Positions 1-12,416 are shown, counted from the stretch's first letter. The stretch: 64,000 bases of DNA from an uncultured Methanosarcinaceae archaeon (GCA_963727895.1 CAVSHT010000008.1:32001-96000), one strand, 5' to 3'. Notes: a model not told the origin generated them from the letters alone. A program made the numbers and translations.

Positions 1-440
1 CTCGTTCGGAAGAAAAAATGCATTGGGGAGATGATCTTGGTACTCTCGGAGAGCATATCGTGGGCAACTACGTATACGAGACAACAAGAGAATCTCATTA
101 TTTTATCATCGATTGGCCAACTGAGATTAAACCTTTCTATGCCATGCCTTATGAAGACAGGCCGGAATTCAGCAAGTCCTTTGACATGATGCACCGAACA
201 ATGGAACTCTCGTCTGGAGCTCAGCGTATTCATCTTCTTGATTTGCTTAAGAGCCGGATAGAATCACAGGGTCTGAACCCTGACGGGTTTGAGTTCTACC
301 TTAAAGCTTTCGAATACGGAATGCCTCCACATGCAGGCTGGGGTATGGGTTGTGAACGTTTCATCATGACAATGCTTGGAACCGAAAACATAAGAGATAC
401 CGTACTCTTCCCCAGGGATAGGAGAAGACTTTCTCCTTAA
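1..440 (+). CDS. aspS: Aspartyl-tRNA synthetase, C-terminal part (runs in from the window edge)
   Basis: [25 protein letters not shown] and motif 3 [12 protein letters not shown]...FPRD of archaeal AspRS. Confidence 0.95.
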   Translation, partial: RSEEKMHWGDDLGTLGEHIVGNYVYETTRESHYFIIDWPTEIKPFYAMPYEDRPEFSKSFDMMHRTMELSSGAQRIHLLDLLKSRIESQGLNPDGFEFYLKAFEYGMPPHAGWGMGCERFIMTMLGTENIRDTVLFPRDRRRLSP

Positions 441-530
441 ACTCCTTTTATTTTGAAGTTTCAAAATTTTCGGTTTATCTAAATTAAAATCTAATGATTT
501 TATTCAGGGTTCAACCGGAAGGGAAAATAA

Positions 531-1235
531 ATGACTGAAAGGAATACATCCACAGATTCTCCGGAAAAACGTGCATCTGGCATTGCTGCATCCCGACTGG
601 TAGAATCAGGAATGGTAGTAGGGCTCGGAACGGGCTCAACTGTTGCATATACGATAAAAGAACTTGGCAGGCGGGTAAGAGAAGAAGGACTCGAAATACT
701 CGGCGTTGTAACTTCATACCAGTCTGAAATGCTTGCCATAGAAGCTGGCATTCCTCTAGTAACTCTTGCCCAGTATCCTGAATTGGACATTGCTATTGAC
801 GGAGCAGACCAGATTGATTCAAAGCTGTATGCAATCAAGGGTGGAGGAGCTGCACATACACGGGAAAAGATAGTATCATCATCAGCAAAACGTTTTTTGG
901 TTGTAGCCGATGAATCAAAGATAAGTACCCAGCTTGATAAGGTCGTGCCGATCGAAGTTCTCCCCTTTGCAAAAACTCTTGTAATTAAAAGAATTGAGGA
1001 ACTGGGTGGAAAACCAGAATTGAGGTCTGCTCTGAAAAAAGACGGACCTGTAATTACTGACAATGGGAATTTCGTACTTGATGTAAACTTTGGAGTAATA
1101 AATGACCCTGAAAGCCTGGCTCTCCAATTATCTTCAATTCCTGGAGTAGTTGAACATGGAATTTTTTCCAATGTGGATGAACTCTATATAGGAAAAAAAG
1201 ACGGATCAGTGGAGATAGTCCTGAAGAATTCATGA
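531..1235 (+). CDS. rpiA: Ribose-5-phosphate isomerase A
   Basis: [23 protein letters not shown] and VVEHGIF motifs. Confidence 0.97.
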   Translation: MTERNTSTDSPEKRASGIAASRLVESGMVVGLGTGSTVAYTIKELGRRVREEGLEILGVVTSYQSEMLAIEAGIPLVTLAQYPELDIAIDGADQIDSKLYAIKGGGAAHTREKIVSSSAKRFLVVADESKISTQLDKVVPIEVLPFAKTLVIKRIEELGGKPELRSALKKDGPVITDNGNFVLDVNFGVINDPESLALQLSSIPGVVEHGIFSNVDELYIGKKDGSVEIVLKNS

Positions 1236-1610
1236 GAAATAGAACTTTTCAAAGTTGTCATGGAACAAAATAAGGGCTTCAAGTGTTTTTTCAGATTTTC
1301 ATCGTTCTTAATGAAAATTCTGAAAAATATTGAGGAACATAGTATGTATAGCAGAGGGCTATCTTTCTGAGTTTGTTTTATTTCCTATGTGAAAACACAG
1401 TTTCACCCTTAGGAATTGATGTATAGCCGGTATGTTTTTATAGAAGTATTATCAGTAATTCCTGATCAAATACTGCTTTAGAGAAGCAACTAATAATTTG
1501 TATTTTCAGACTGATCTCGGGCTAAAAGTAACTATAATCCAGGAAAACTTCAAATTATCGAGTAAAAATCTTCGACACAATGCTTCACATTTTAAGGAGG
1601 TTTTGGTTCA

Positions 1611-3257
1611 ATGGAAACAGGTAGTAACCAGCCAATTATAATAATAGATCCTAGAAAAGAGCAGACAAAGGGAAAAGAAGCGCTCAGTATGAATATTGCG
1701 GCTGCAAAAGCAGTAGCCAGCATAGTCAAGAGCACGCTAGGTCCGAGAGGAATGGACAAGATGCTTGTCAATCCTATCGGAGATATTACAATTACAAATG
1801 ACGGTGCAACCATTTTACATGACATGTCCATTGAGCACCCGGCAGCCAAGATGGTAGCGGAAGTTGCAGCATCACTTGAAAGCTCAGTTGGTGATGGAAC
1901 TACAAGTGCTGTTGTGTTCACAGGTAGCCTGCTGGAAAAGGCAGAGAGTCTTATTGAGAGTGGAGTCCACCCGACAATTGTTGTTAAGGGATACAGACTT
2001 GCAGCTGAGAAAGCTGTTGAGTTTTTTGAGAATCTGGCAATTTCAACTGGCGAGAACGAAAAGGAGCTGCTCATAAAAGTTGCAAAAACTTCGATCACGG
2101 GCAAGGCTTCCGAGAAATACAACCGTTTGATTGCGGAACTCTGCGTGGCTGCCGTACTTGCTGTTCGCGAAAGAGGCATAGCTGACCTTAAAGATGTAAT
2201 TATCACAAAAGATGTAGGCGGCAAGATTGAAGATACCGAATTCGTAGAGGGTATTGTACTAAATAAGGTTGCTCTTGACAAAGAATTCTCCCTCAAAATC
2301 AAGAATCCCAGAATCGCCTTGATCGATACTCCTATGGAAATTGCTAAGACTACAAACAAAGCAAAATTGCAGATCAGCGAATATGGCGAGCTTGAGAATT
2401 ATGTAAAGCAAGAAGAAACAGTCTTGTTAGAAATGGCAGATTACATTATCAGGGCAGGCGCAAATGCGGTTTTCTGTTCCAAGGGTATGGATGACAAGAT
2501 CGCGGCTTACCTCCAAAACAGGGGAATTTATGCCACCCGCAGGGTTAAGAATGAGGATATGCAGCACCTTGCAGATGCCACAGGTGGAAGGCCTATTCGC
2601 AATATTAAGGAACTGACCCAGAAAGAACTCGGAGATGCCGGGCTCCTCGAACAAGATCGTGACGGTGACCAGGGTAAAACCTACCTTAGAGACTGCAAAG
2701 GTGCAAAATCCGTATCCCTTGTTCTTAGAGGTGGTACTGAACATGTAGTTGACAATCTTGAGCGTGCAATTGACGACGCCCTCAGAGTTGTAAAATGTGT
2801 AGTAGAAGACGGCAAGCTTGTTGCTGGTGGTGGAGCTTCCGAGATAGAAGTTGCACAAGAGCTTCGGGCATACGCTCCCAGCGTAGGTGGACGCGAACAG
2901 ATGGCAATCAGGATTTTTGCAGATGCCCTTGAAGAAATTCCGAGGACAATTGCCAGAAATGCAGGTCTTGACACTATTGACACAATAGTGAATCTCAGAG
3001 CAAAGCACGCTGAAAACAAAAATGCAGGCCTGAACATTAATACAGGTGCTGCTGAGGATATGCTTGAAAAAGGTATAGTTGATCCCCTCAGGGTTAAGGT
3101 CAACTCCGTCAAAGCCGGTTCCGAAGCTGCAGTAATGGTGCTCCGTGTGGACGATATACTCCGTGCCCAGAGTTCCTCCATGCAGGATGTCAAACCTGAG
3201 CATATGGCAAGTACCTACGACGGCATGGCAGCTCCTGGTCTCAACATGCACAGATAA
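1611..3257 (+). CDS. Thermosome (group II chaperonin) subunit
   Basis: STLGPRGMDKM, TNDGATIL, GDGTTSA and GGGASE motifs; SD AAGGAGG upstream. Confidence 0.95.
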   Translation: METGSNQPIIIIDPRKEQTKGKEALSMNIAAAKAVASIVKSTLGPRGMDKMLVNPIGDITITNDGATILHDMSIEHPAAKMVAEVAASLESSVGDGTTSAVVFTGSLLEKAESLIESGVHPTIVVKGYRLAAEKAVEFFENLAISTGENEKELLIKVAKTSITGKASEKYNRLIAELCVAAVLAVRERGIADLKDVIITKDVGGKIEDTEFVEGIVLNKVALDKEFSLKIKNPRIALIDTPMEIAKTTNKAKLQISEYGELENYVKQEETVLLEMADYIIRAGANAVFCSKGMDDKIAAYLQNRGIYATRRVKNEDMQHLADATGGRPIRNIKELTQKELGDAGLLEQDRDGDQGKTYLRDCKGAKSVSLVLRGGTEHVVDNLERAIDDALRVVKCVVEDGKLVAGGGASEIEVAQELRAYAPSVGGREQMAIRIFADALEEIPRTIARNAGLDTIDTIVNLRAKHAENKNAGLNINTGAAEDMLEKGIVDPLRVKVNSVKAGSEAAVMVLRVDDILRAQSSSMQDVKPEHMASTYDGMAAPGLNMHR

Positions 3258-3373
3258 AACCTTAGATAAAGTAGTTAGTTAGTAATAAAGATCTCAAAAA
3301 GGCAGGCTGCAAACTCTGTTCAGCAGCCTTATTTTTAATATTTTTACGTTTTAAATGGAATATTCATGCCTGA

Positions 3374-4045
3374 TTAAATTTCTCCGTAAAACTGCCTGTA
3401 ATCTTCAATTGCTTTTTTCGCCTGGGCAGGAAATTCTTTTTTCATATATTCAATGAATTCGTCCCTTGATTGAATATCCTTGAGGACTTCAAGCATACGG
3501 GCAGCAAATTTTTTTGATTCCATACTTCCTTTACGGAGTTCAAAAGAGAGGCAAAGAGCTTCTTTAGGAAAGTACTTTCTTCGAATCCAGGGAGAAACTG
3601 AGCCAAGAAGTACTCCGTCTTTTAAGATACTATAAGCTGGTACCCCTATGAGTTCGAATCTATCCTTTCCTGCCAGTTTTTCAAGGTTTTCGCTGAAATA
3701 GGAATGAAGTTCAATATATATATTGGGCTTTAACTCTTCAATAGCCTTGATAATCTTTTTTCCGATTCTAAGATAGTACCCAGGATTCAAGGTTGAAATA
3801 TACTTTCCCCGGTCTACAAGTGGAATTAAAGCCAGAGTCCCGGTTTCTGGTGGCTTTATGCCACTCAGAAGTCCAGTCGTATCTTGCCATTCGTCCCCGT
3901 GAAGACCTGCAACAAAGAGTCTGACTGGCTTTCCACTACCGTAAACTTTCATCCAGGCATCAGGTTGTAATTCTTGAAGCTTTTCTATGCATTCATGGCT
4001 TCGGGAAAAAGAATTTCTTGAATTCTCTATATCGTCATTGTTCAT
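3374..4045 (-). CDS. Conserved archaeal protein, DUF2119-like (Zn-peptidase-like HGxE motif)
   Basis: FVAGLHGDEW and YIELHSY motifs; ATG at 4045 chosen because the longer ORF overlaps the upstream gene. Confidence 0.7.
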   Translation of the reverse strand: MNNDDIENSRNSFSRSHECIEKLQELQPDAWMKVYGSGKPVRLFVAGLHGDEWQDTTGLLSGIKPPETGTLALIPLVDRGKYISTLNPGYYLRIGKKIIKAIEELKPNIYIELHSYFSENLEKLAGKDRFELIGVPAYSILKDGVLLGSVSPWIRRKYFPKEALCLSFELRKGSMESKKFAARMLEVLKDIQSRDEFIEYMKKEFPAQAKKAIEDYRQFYGEI

Positions 4046-4067
4046 CTGTTTTAATACCTCAGACCTC

Positions 4068-4766
4068 TTATTCTTCGGGCTGAGCTTCTTTGAGAGGTTC
4101 TTCTTCAAGCAGAGGTTTTCTGGTGACCACATAGATTTCCTGCTTCTTGGGATTGATAACCTGCTGAATTTCAAGCCCGAGATTTTCTATTTTGCTCAGG
4201 ATGGGTTTAGGATTCTTCTTTGTTGGTATTTTAATAACCTGAAGAAGCTTTCCCCCGGGTTTCAGCAGAGGCAGAACTCTCGAGAGAGCTTTGATTGAAT
4301 CCTCAGGCTCCAGTGTCATATCTGAAAGAATAACATCTACAGGCTCTTCAAAAAGTGAATTCAGAGGAATAGTAAAAACGTCTCCAAACATAATCTCAAC
4401 GTTTTCTTTTTCATATGCAATTTTTCCAAGTTCGCTTCTGAAGTCCTTGCTAAATTCAATACCTTTTATATGGCCTACAATTTCCGCGGCAAAAATAAGA
4501 AAACCTCCCGCGCTGGATCCAAGGTCAAGCACATTATCCCCCGGTTTAAGGATCTCAGTTTCATCCTGAATTCGTTTGAGTTTGAAATAACCCTGAGGTT
4601 GGTCCAGACCCTCAGTAACTTCAATAACATCTTCAGTAGAAACATCTCTCGATACCTTTGTTACTGTCGTGCCGTTAACCTTAACGTTTCCGTCAAGAAT
4701 AGCCGTTTTAGCTCTCCCTCTTGATTTGAAATAACCCATATCTACAAGGTATGCATCCAGTCTCAT
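4068..4766 (-). CDS. S4-domain TlyA/FtsJ-type RNA methyltransferase
   Basis: N-terminal S4 domain (MRLDAYL...SRGRAK) plus SAM motif VLDLGSSAGGF. Confidence 0.85.
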   Translation of the reverse strand: MRLDAYLVDMGYFKSRGRAKTAILDGNVKVNGTTVTKVSRDVSTEDVIEVTEGLDQPQGYFKLKRIQDETEILKPGDNVLDLGSSAGGFLIFAAEIVGHIKGIEFSKDFRSELGKIAYEKENVEIMFGDVFTIPLNSLFEEPVDVILSDMTLEPEDSIKALSRVLPLLKPGGKLLQVIKIPTKKNPKPILSKIENLGLEIQQVINPKKQEIYVVTRKPLLEEEPLKEAQPEE

Positions 4767-4980
4767 GGGGCATTGTATCGGCAGAGCTTGTATATATAGA
4801 TAACAAGTAAGTGCTCAGAGAAATAGAAAATAAATGGTCACATGGTAAAAATCGGTAGAAAGGATACTAAAACCATGATAACATTCAGTTGGTTAACCGG
4901 ACTATAAAATAAGCAGGCTGTTTGAGGGATATCATTGGCATATAATATTCTATACGTTTACCCTGATAAACACTTCTATC

Positions 4981-5171
4981 GGCTCTGTAGAAATCTTAAT
5001 ATTCAGGCAAAAATCAAAGTTAACAATAATTCAAAGAGTACTCTCACTTGTTGTATAGATTTGTTGGTTTCAATCTACTAACAGTGGATTTGAGAGTTTT
5101 TCTACAGATCCATTAGTTAATTCAGTTAAAATTAATGAAAACTTTTCGTATCAGAGGATTTCTACAGAGCC
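4981..5171. mobile_element. MITE-like element with GGCTCTGTAGAAA / TTTCTACAGAGCC ends; second internal right end at 5099-5111
   Basis: 13-bp terminal inverted repeats, no ORF; a lone related end (GGTTCTGTAGAAA) at ~42620. Confidence 0.6.
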
Positions 5172-5381
5172 AAAATTTTAAAAACTGAGTTTTTACTTAA
5201 CGCGTAATTTGTTGAATTGTTCGTAAATTCTTGGTGGTTACAAAAAGGGAAATTTAATCAAAAATTGGATTTTAAAGTTAATTTTCGTTGTAGATATATT
5301 TTTATTGAAAACTATTTGAACTATTAATAATATTAGTTAAATATAAAATATTTTTCTTATTTATGGTATATATATATTAAA

Positions 5382-6123
5382 GGTATTGTTAACTAAACAT
5401 AGTTAACTTTTTATTTCTGTATTTCATCAATAGAATAACCGAGTACTTTAGCATTTCAATATCTTCGTATAACACTTTGTCTCTTTCTTCTCAATCTTGC
5501 CAGAAAGTGCCTCAATATGCTGTTATATCCTTCAACAGTATACGTTTCTGCTTTTGATTGAGTATGGATCTTTTTTGGAATAAACTCTGCATATGCTCTC
5601 CAGTGATCTGTCATCACTTCTCCAATCTCTTTTTTCTTCAATTTTTCCCAGAGTAGTTTTCCAGTTTCCGTTCCTCTGCTACCAAAAGAGCAGTTGATGA
5701 ACTTTTTCCCAACTCTATCAACAGCAATCCAGATCCAGCAATACTTTTTTTGTTACCGATGTACGTGTGCATTTCATCCATTTCAACAATAGATATCTCA
5801 TTTTCACTTTTTAGGTCCTCTAACTCCTGACCAAATTTCTTTATCCATCTTTGGACAGAAACATGATTCACCCCTAAAAATCTTCCTATTGAACGAAAGC
5901 CCAATCCTTCAAGGTAAAGTTGTAAAGCCTGTCTTTTTACAGAAGCGGAAAAAGCAGTTGATTTTAGCTCTACCGTATAGTTATAGCCACAATCAGAGCA
6001 TTTGTACCGTTGACGCCCGCCAACTATACCATTATTTTTATGAATTGGAACTTTTGCATCTGGGGCAGTTCATGCAGAAATATAGGTTCTCATAATAAAT
6101 ACCTATATTTAAGTATCAATACC
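5382..6123 (-). mobile_element. IS1-family element, copy 1 (frameshifted)
   Basis: GGTATTG...CAATACC ends; InsA zinc finger MNCPRC and InsB DEMHTY...DHWRAY...VEGYNS; no target duplication seen. Confidence 0.9.
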
Positions 6124-6343
6124 TAATATAAATATGTATTGAATTATATATGAAAAAGTTCTACGAGAAAGATCTTGTATTCCAACTTAAAAATATTTTG
6201 AAAATTCTACGTATTAAAATTATAATGTACATACTTTTCAACATGTTTCCATAAATAAAAAATAATTTTTTTGAAAAATAGGAGAGATTTTGTGCTTTAA
6301 AGCCCGTAGGTAAAAAAATTTCAGACAAGTGAAAAGAAAATAT

Positions 6344-7083
6344 GGCATTGTTAATTAAACATAGTTAACTCTTTATTTCTGTATTTCATCAATAGAATAA
6401 CCGAGTACTTTAGCATTTCAAGACTTTTTGTATAACACTTTGTCTTTCTTCTCAATCTTGCTAGAAAATGCCTCAATATGCTGTTATATCCCTCAACTGT
6501 AAATGTTTCTGCTTTTGATTGAGTATGACTCTTTTCTGGAAGAAACTCTGCATATGCTCTCCAGTGATCTGTCATTACTTCTCCAATCTCTTTTTTCTTC
6601 ACTTTTTCCCAGAGTAGTTTTCCAGTTTCTGTTCCTCTGCTACCAAAAGAGCAGTTGATGAACTTTTTCCCAACTCTATCAACAGCAATCCAGATCCAGC
6701 AATATTTTTTTTGTTACCGATGTAAGTGTGCATTTCATCCATTTCAACAATAGATATCTCATTTTCACTTTTTAGGTCCTCTAACTCCTGACCAAATTTC
6801 TTTATCCATCTTTGGACAGAAACATGACTCACCCCTAAAAATCGTCCTATTGAACGAAAGCCCAATCCTTCAAGATAGAGTTGTAAAGCCTGTCTTTTTA
6901 CAAAAGCGGAAAAAGCAGTTGATTTTAGCTCTACTGTATAGTTATAGCCACAATCAGAGCATTTGTACCGTTGACGCCCGCCAACTATACCGTTCTTTTT
7001 GTGACTGGAACTATTGCATCTGGGGCAGTTCATGAAGAAATATACTTTCTAATAGTATATAACTATGTTTAAGTATCAAAGCC
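6344..7083 (-). mobile_element. IS1-family element, copy 2 (apparently intact insA/insB with A8 slippery site)
   Basis: ORFs 6599-7033 and 6351-6602; 8-bp target duplication GAAAATAT on both sides. Confidence 0.93.
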
Positions 7084-7203
7084 GAAAATATATCTACGAA
7101 AAAAAGCCAACTGAAAAAAAGTAAAATAAAAGCACACTGAATCTTAGTTTTGACGGTAATATTGATAATCGTAAGTATAAAAATAGTTTTTACTTTTTAA
7201 ATA

Positions 7204-9843
7204 TTACCTTTTATCTTCGAATCTGATAGTGTATTTTGTTTCGTTCTCCTTTTCAAGCTCGATTGTTCCTTTAATTTGTTCAACGAGAGCATTTACAAGT
7301 TGCAAGCCCAGAGTTTCTGAATTTTTGAAATCTACTTTTTGAGGAAAATGAGCACCGTTATCCGAGTAGGTCAAGAGTAAAACTTGAAGGTAGCTCTGTA
7401 AGCTCTTTTTCTGAAGTTTCACCTATTTTTTGGCATTCTGCTTCATTTTGACAAAGGGAAATTCGGATCATTCCTTCAGTACCTTTTGAAAAAGCATATT
7501 TAAGGGAATTTGAGAAAAGTTCATTAATTATAATTCCCAGTGGAACTGCTGTATCAATTCCAAGAAGCGTACTGTCAACTTCAAGGATAAGCCTGATCTT
7601 CTCATCTCCGGTTTTATAAGAATTCAGGATGTCCGCAGTCAATTTCTTAAGGTATGCTGCAAAATCAATACTTGACGCATCCTCTGACTTATAAAGCTCT
7701 TCATGAATAATGGACATGGAAATTACACGGTTTTCGCTTTCCCGAAACGCTTCAACAACTCCTTTATCATCGAACTTGTCAGCCTGAAGGCTGAGCAGGG
7801 ATGACACTATCTGAAGGTTATTCTTTATCCGATGGTGGATTTCTCTCATGCCAATTTTCTCGGCTTTCTCAAGGGTTTCCTCAACTTTTTTTCTCTGGGT
7901 AATTTCATAGGCATATCCCTGGATAAATATCGGTTTCTCCTGAAGCATTGCAAACATTGTGGATTAATTCATGGATCCATCTTACACTTCCATCCTTTCC
8001 GCCTGAGCCTGTATTCATGCTCCATGATCGAGTTTGACGACGAATTCATTTTTTCCATACATTTCTCAAGCATATGCATATCTTCAGGATCAATAAGACT
8101 ATATAATTTTATTCGGCCTGAGGTAAAGTCGTCTTCGGAATACCCTGTTATTTCCTCGACAGCTCCTTCCATTAACAGTGGGCTAAAATCACTCTTCAGC
8201 TTAAATGAAATTCCTTTGAAATTCTGTAAAAATGACCTGTAGAGTTCTTCGCTTTCCCTCAGTTTTTCTGAAGACTGTTTAATTTCGGTAACGTCTTCCA
8301 TTACCCCAAGAGCTCTGCACATACAGTCTTCTTCGTCCCGCAGATATACTCCTTTATTTTTTACACAAAAATATCTTCCATCCTTTCGCTTGAACCTGAA
8401 TTCTTCATTGAACTTTTCTCCTGTATTCCAGCAATTTTTCAATGTCTGCTGCACTCTTTTATAATCTTCAGGATGAATATGTTCAAGCCAGTCGTAATAA
8501 TCCAGTTTTTTAATTTCGTTATTATTGTAACCAGTAAGCTCTGTGACTGCCCCCGCCCATTCTACATTACCGTTTTTCATGTCAATATCATATATCAGCT
8601 GCCCTGTTTGTTCTGCAATAATCCGATATCTCTCTTCGCTTTTTTGTAACTGATCTTCTATATTTTTGCGCCCTGTAATATCAAGCATAACTCCTATGAG
8701 CCCTTCTACAGTCCCACAAAAACTGTTGTATACGGCTTTATTGAAAATGAAATCCCTTTTGATCCCGTCAGAACACATTACTTTTGCTTCGTAAGTATGA
8801 CTTCCTCCCTTTTGGAATAACTGCTTGTCCATTCTTTCATAAATTTCCTCAAGTTCTGAAGAGCTTTCTTCGTAAAGATCGTATGTTGAACGTCCGATTA
8901 TTTTTTCTTTTGAACTTCCAATAATCATTTTTGCAAAAAGCTCATTACAGCCCTGATAAATACCTTCCCGATTTTTGTAAAATACAGGAGCTGGAATAGT
9001 ATCCAGCAGTGTTCTCATGAAATGAACTTTGTCTAAAAGTGCGGTTTCCACGTCATTTCGTTGAATTACAAATGAGAGAATTAATGCAGTAGCATTCAGG
9101 AAACAAGCATCTTCATTGGTAAACCTTTCCTTTTTTGTACTGTGAACTGTCAGCACTCCATACGGCTTTTCGATATTTCCAATGAGTACACTTATTCCAC
9201 TAATTATATCCTGGGACTCTTCAAAACCCATTGCCTTGAGAGTATTTTTCCTATTCAGCTTTTCTATAAAAATAGGTCGGCTTGAAAGTACAGTATATCC
9301 TGCTCTTGAAGCCGAATCTTTTTTAATGATTCTGCCTGTATTTTCTGGTTTCCAGCCAATTCCTGCCTCAAAGATAAAGTTTCCATCAGGCAAAAGTTTT
9401 AGAATGCTGCAATATTCTACACCAAGCATGGATGCAACTAAATGAAGAGTCTGATCAAACAAAGTCTGAAAATCGGAGGATTTGAGAAACAGATTTGAAA
9501 TTTGAGAAAGTGATTCATGTTCTCTTTTTCTTAAAAGTAGTTTTTTTTCAGTTTTTTTGAGAGAAGTGACCTCAAATGCAGATACAGCTACGCTTTTGCA
9601 GGTAAGTAAAGGAGTGAAAACTAGTGAATAAATTTTCTCGCCTGTTTTCAGTTCAGTCTGTAAGGGTTTCTTTCGGGTTATTGCTTGCCAAGCAGTCTTT
9701 CGGATTTCATCAGGTGCTTTATCTCCAATATTGATTTTAAGAGCTTCAAGTAATGATTTTCCTGCCCTATTTGCGTAAAGAATCATTCCTTCTGTTCCGA
9801 TTTTCAGGATAGGGCCAGGGCTATTTAACAGAAATTCTCCCAT
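7204..9843 (-). pseudogene. PAS/GAF sensor histidine kinase (HisKA_2 type), broken by three frameshifts
   Basis: GAF and PAS domains, EIHHRIKNNLQ, NELFSNSLKYAF, DNG and LGLQLV motifs spread over different frames (breaks near 7995, 7938 and 7371). Confidence 0.85.
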
Positions 9844-10320
9844 CCAGTTATCTTCTGTTCCCTCGCCCAGATTGTCATTTCGATTTATACCAGGACCCCC
9901 GTCCCTTATTTTATAAACTCATATGAATAAGTTGTTTATCAATATTAGAGTTTATACAAAAAGTTTAGACTATATATAATAATTTGAATATGATATATAT
10001 TTTAAGTGCTAGTTGTCTTTTATCTGTAAATCCTTATAACATATTAATATTATGATAATCACTTAGGAATAAATTGTGTATGTTTTTAAATAAAAGTCCA
10101 ATTTACACATAGAATTATTTTTCCTGCGTTTATAATAATTCTAGCATTTATCAATTTACTATTCTATCAAAATCTACAGCAATATCCTGAAAATGTTATG
10201 TTTAATAGTGGCACACATACTAACATATTTAAAAGAAATATATAATAAAAACATCCAAATAATATAAAAACAAGTATTGAAATCAAGATTAAAGCTTAAA
10301 ACTGTGAGGAATGTATTTTA

Positions 10321-10491
10321 ATGGACGATCTTAATCTACTCAAGAGAAAACTTGATTATATGACTATACCTGAGCTTTTTGAATACGTAAAGGAACATTA
10401 CCCTGAAAATGAAGAACTATGGGTAGGTCCCAAAAAATTAATCATCAGAAAAATTCTGAACTTTGAAAGAAATAAGATGAACGAAGAATAA
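10321..10491 (+). CDS. Small 56-aa hypothetical protein (MDDLNLLKRK...RNKMNEE), not in the ORF track
   Basis: Read by hand: ATG at 10321, TAA at 10489-10491, GAGGA upstream, helical protein-like composition in AT-rich DNA. Confidence 0.65.
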   Translation: MDDLNLLKRKLDYMTIPELFEYVKEHYPENEELWVGPKKLIIRKILNFERNKMNEE

Positions 10492-10604
10492 ACTTGAAGA
10501 GCTGATTCAGTAACTAGAGAAACTGTTTTTAGTTTTTTTAAAATTTTCAAAATTTTTTTGCGTTTTAAGTTGAGGTATTTACACATTTTCTATTTTTAGT
10601 TATA

Positions 10605-10734
10605 GAGCTCATCCCAAAAGTAGTTTTTATTCAACATCAACAATAATTTCAAAACCATTTTCCGCATCATAAGGTTTATTGATTATTTCAAATTCCAGAT
10701 ATGGTGACATAACTCTAAGTTTTGGGATAGGCTC
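10605..10734. mobile_element. 130-bp MITE (GAGCYYATCCCAAAA terminal inverted repeats)
   Basis: GAGCTCATCCCAAAA...TTTTGGGATAGGCTC, flanked by ATA/ATA. Confidence 0.8.
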
Positions 10735-11251
10735 ATAGAGAAATCTCTGAAATTACCTCCCTTAAAATAATGAGCTTACGAAAGATAAATATTTGCTGGA
10801 AATGTGATTTTTATGCACACCTTTCATTTATATGAGACTACAAATTGGTCTGCTTTGTAGTGTACCTTTCGAGTATTTTATTTTATAATTAATTACAGAA
10901 TTTCTGAGAGATTAAGTTATAACGTCTCTTGTAACTCTAAATTATTTTGAATCATTTAATTCTTTTTTATTCGTGGCTTTTAAAAATGAAAAATTCTATT
11001 AGTAGTATCATGGTATGTACTCTACATGTATTCTTCCTTGCCTGAAACCTTTCGACTTCACAATACCATTTAATTCCTCTACGATATCTTCAATTTTTCA
11101 GGCTTTTTTACTAAATCTTTTCTTTTTCCTTCATGCATATTCAGCATAATAGTCAACAGTTTAATTGCTCCTTTGCCAGTGTTATTAGAGATAACTATTA
11201 TAAAATAACCACATATTAAAATAGTTTGTATTTATAAATTATTTTAATATT

Positions 11252-12097
11252 ATGCAATTAGAATACGAAAAATATCCCTGGCTATTTAGAATAAATTCAA
11301 GAAGAGTTAAGTACAAAATAAAACTACTTTCTCATTACAATGTTCTCTATTATCTTGAAACTCATTTAGTAGACCATTGTAATTTGAACTGTAAAGGTTG
11401 TCTTCATTTTAGTCCATTATGCCCACCAAAGTTCACAGATTTTAATCAGTTTTCTAGAGATATCACCAGATTATCGGAAATTTTTAAAAAAATAAAGATG
11501 TTTCGATTACTAGGTGGAGAATCTTTATTACACCCAGAAATACTTAAATGTATATTATTTTCAAGAGAAAAATTACCGACATCTGATATCCATCTAGTGA
11601 CCAATGGACTGTTGCTCCCGAAAATGACTCCTTTATTTTGGAAAACAATAGCAGATCCTAAAGTCACTATTGATGTTACTGCGTATCCTAAAGTACCTGT
11701 AAAAGTAGATGTTATAAAAGCTTCTGCAAAGAAATATGATATAAAACTAAACATTTATTTTCCAACAAGTTTCTATAAAATATCAAAAAATTTTAATGGC
11801 GATTGCAATACTAAAAAGTCATTAGATATATGTCGTACACATTTCTATTGTCCTTTCCTTCATGAAGGGCATATATATTTATGTGCACATATGACAATGT
11901 TAAAAGAACTATGTGAGACTTCACCTATCCCACTTCCAAATGTAAAATCAATTGATGGAATTAATATCCATGAAAATATTAATGGGAAGGATATTATTAA
12001 TTATACAATGAAACCTGCATCGTATTGTGGTTTTTGTGACTGGACAAAATACAGTTATTTTCCGTGGGACGTTAGCAAACGAAAAGAAGAAGAATAG
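11252..12097 (+). CDS. Radical SAM protein, low GC
   Basis: CNLNCKGC (CxxxCxxC), GGES, VTNG motifs and C-terminal Cys cluster. Confidence 0.85.
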   Translation: MQLEYEKYPWLFRINSRRVKYKIKLLSHYNVLYYLETHLVDHCNLNCKGCLHFSPLCPPKFTDFNQFSRDITRLSEIFKKIKMFRLLGGESLLHPEILKCILFSREKLPTSDIHLVTNGLLLPKMTPLFWKTIADPKVTIDVTAYPKVPVKVDVIKASAKKYDIKLNIYFPTSFYKISKNFNGDCNTKKSLDICRTHFYCPFLHEGHIYLCAHMTMLKELCETSPIPLPNVKSIDGINIHENINGKDIINYTMKPASYCGFCDWTKYSYFPWDVSKRKEEE

Positions 12098-12286
12098 CTT
12101 GTTTAAAATGGTAAAATTTACATTGTCACACTTCGCTATAAGAAACAGGGTATTCAGCTGAAATAAATTTTCTTTTCGAAAAAATACTGCTGAATTTATA
12201 AATTTTAGATTCAATAGAAGATTTTTATGATCTTTTACACAAAAAACTGCGTGGATTTTTATTACCATAGATTATAGTATTCATAT

Positions 12287-12416
12287 GAGCCTATCCCAAA
12301 ACTCAATATTGCTTATCTGAATCCTATATTCCGGATAACCAATCGAGTCTCAGATCACGAAAAACAATTCTAAAAATTTATTGATCTGAGTCTAAAATTG
12401 GTTTTGGGATGAGCTC
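12287..12416. mobile_element. 130-bp MITE, same family, inverted relative to 10605-10734
   Basis: GAGCCTATCCCAAAA...TTTTGGGATGAGCTC, flanked by ATAT/ATAT. Confidence 0.8.

Noticed and set aside
500..3251. Long antisense ORFs over rpiA and the thermosome (likewise over carB, argG and adh)
   Set aside because: Shadow frames of well-supported genes, with no recognisable motifs.
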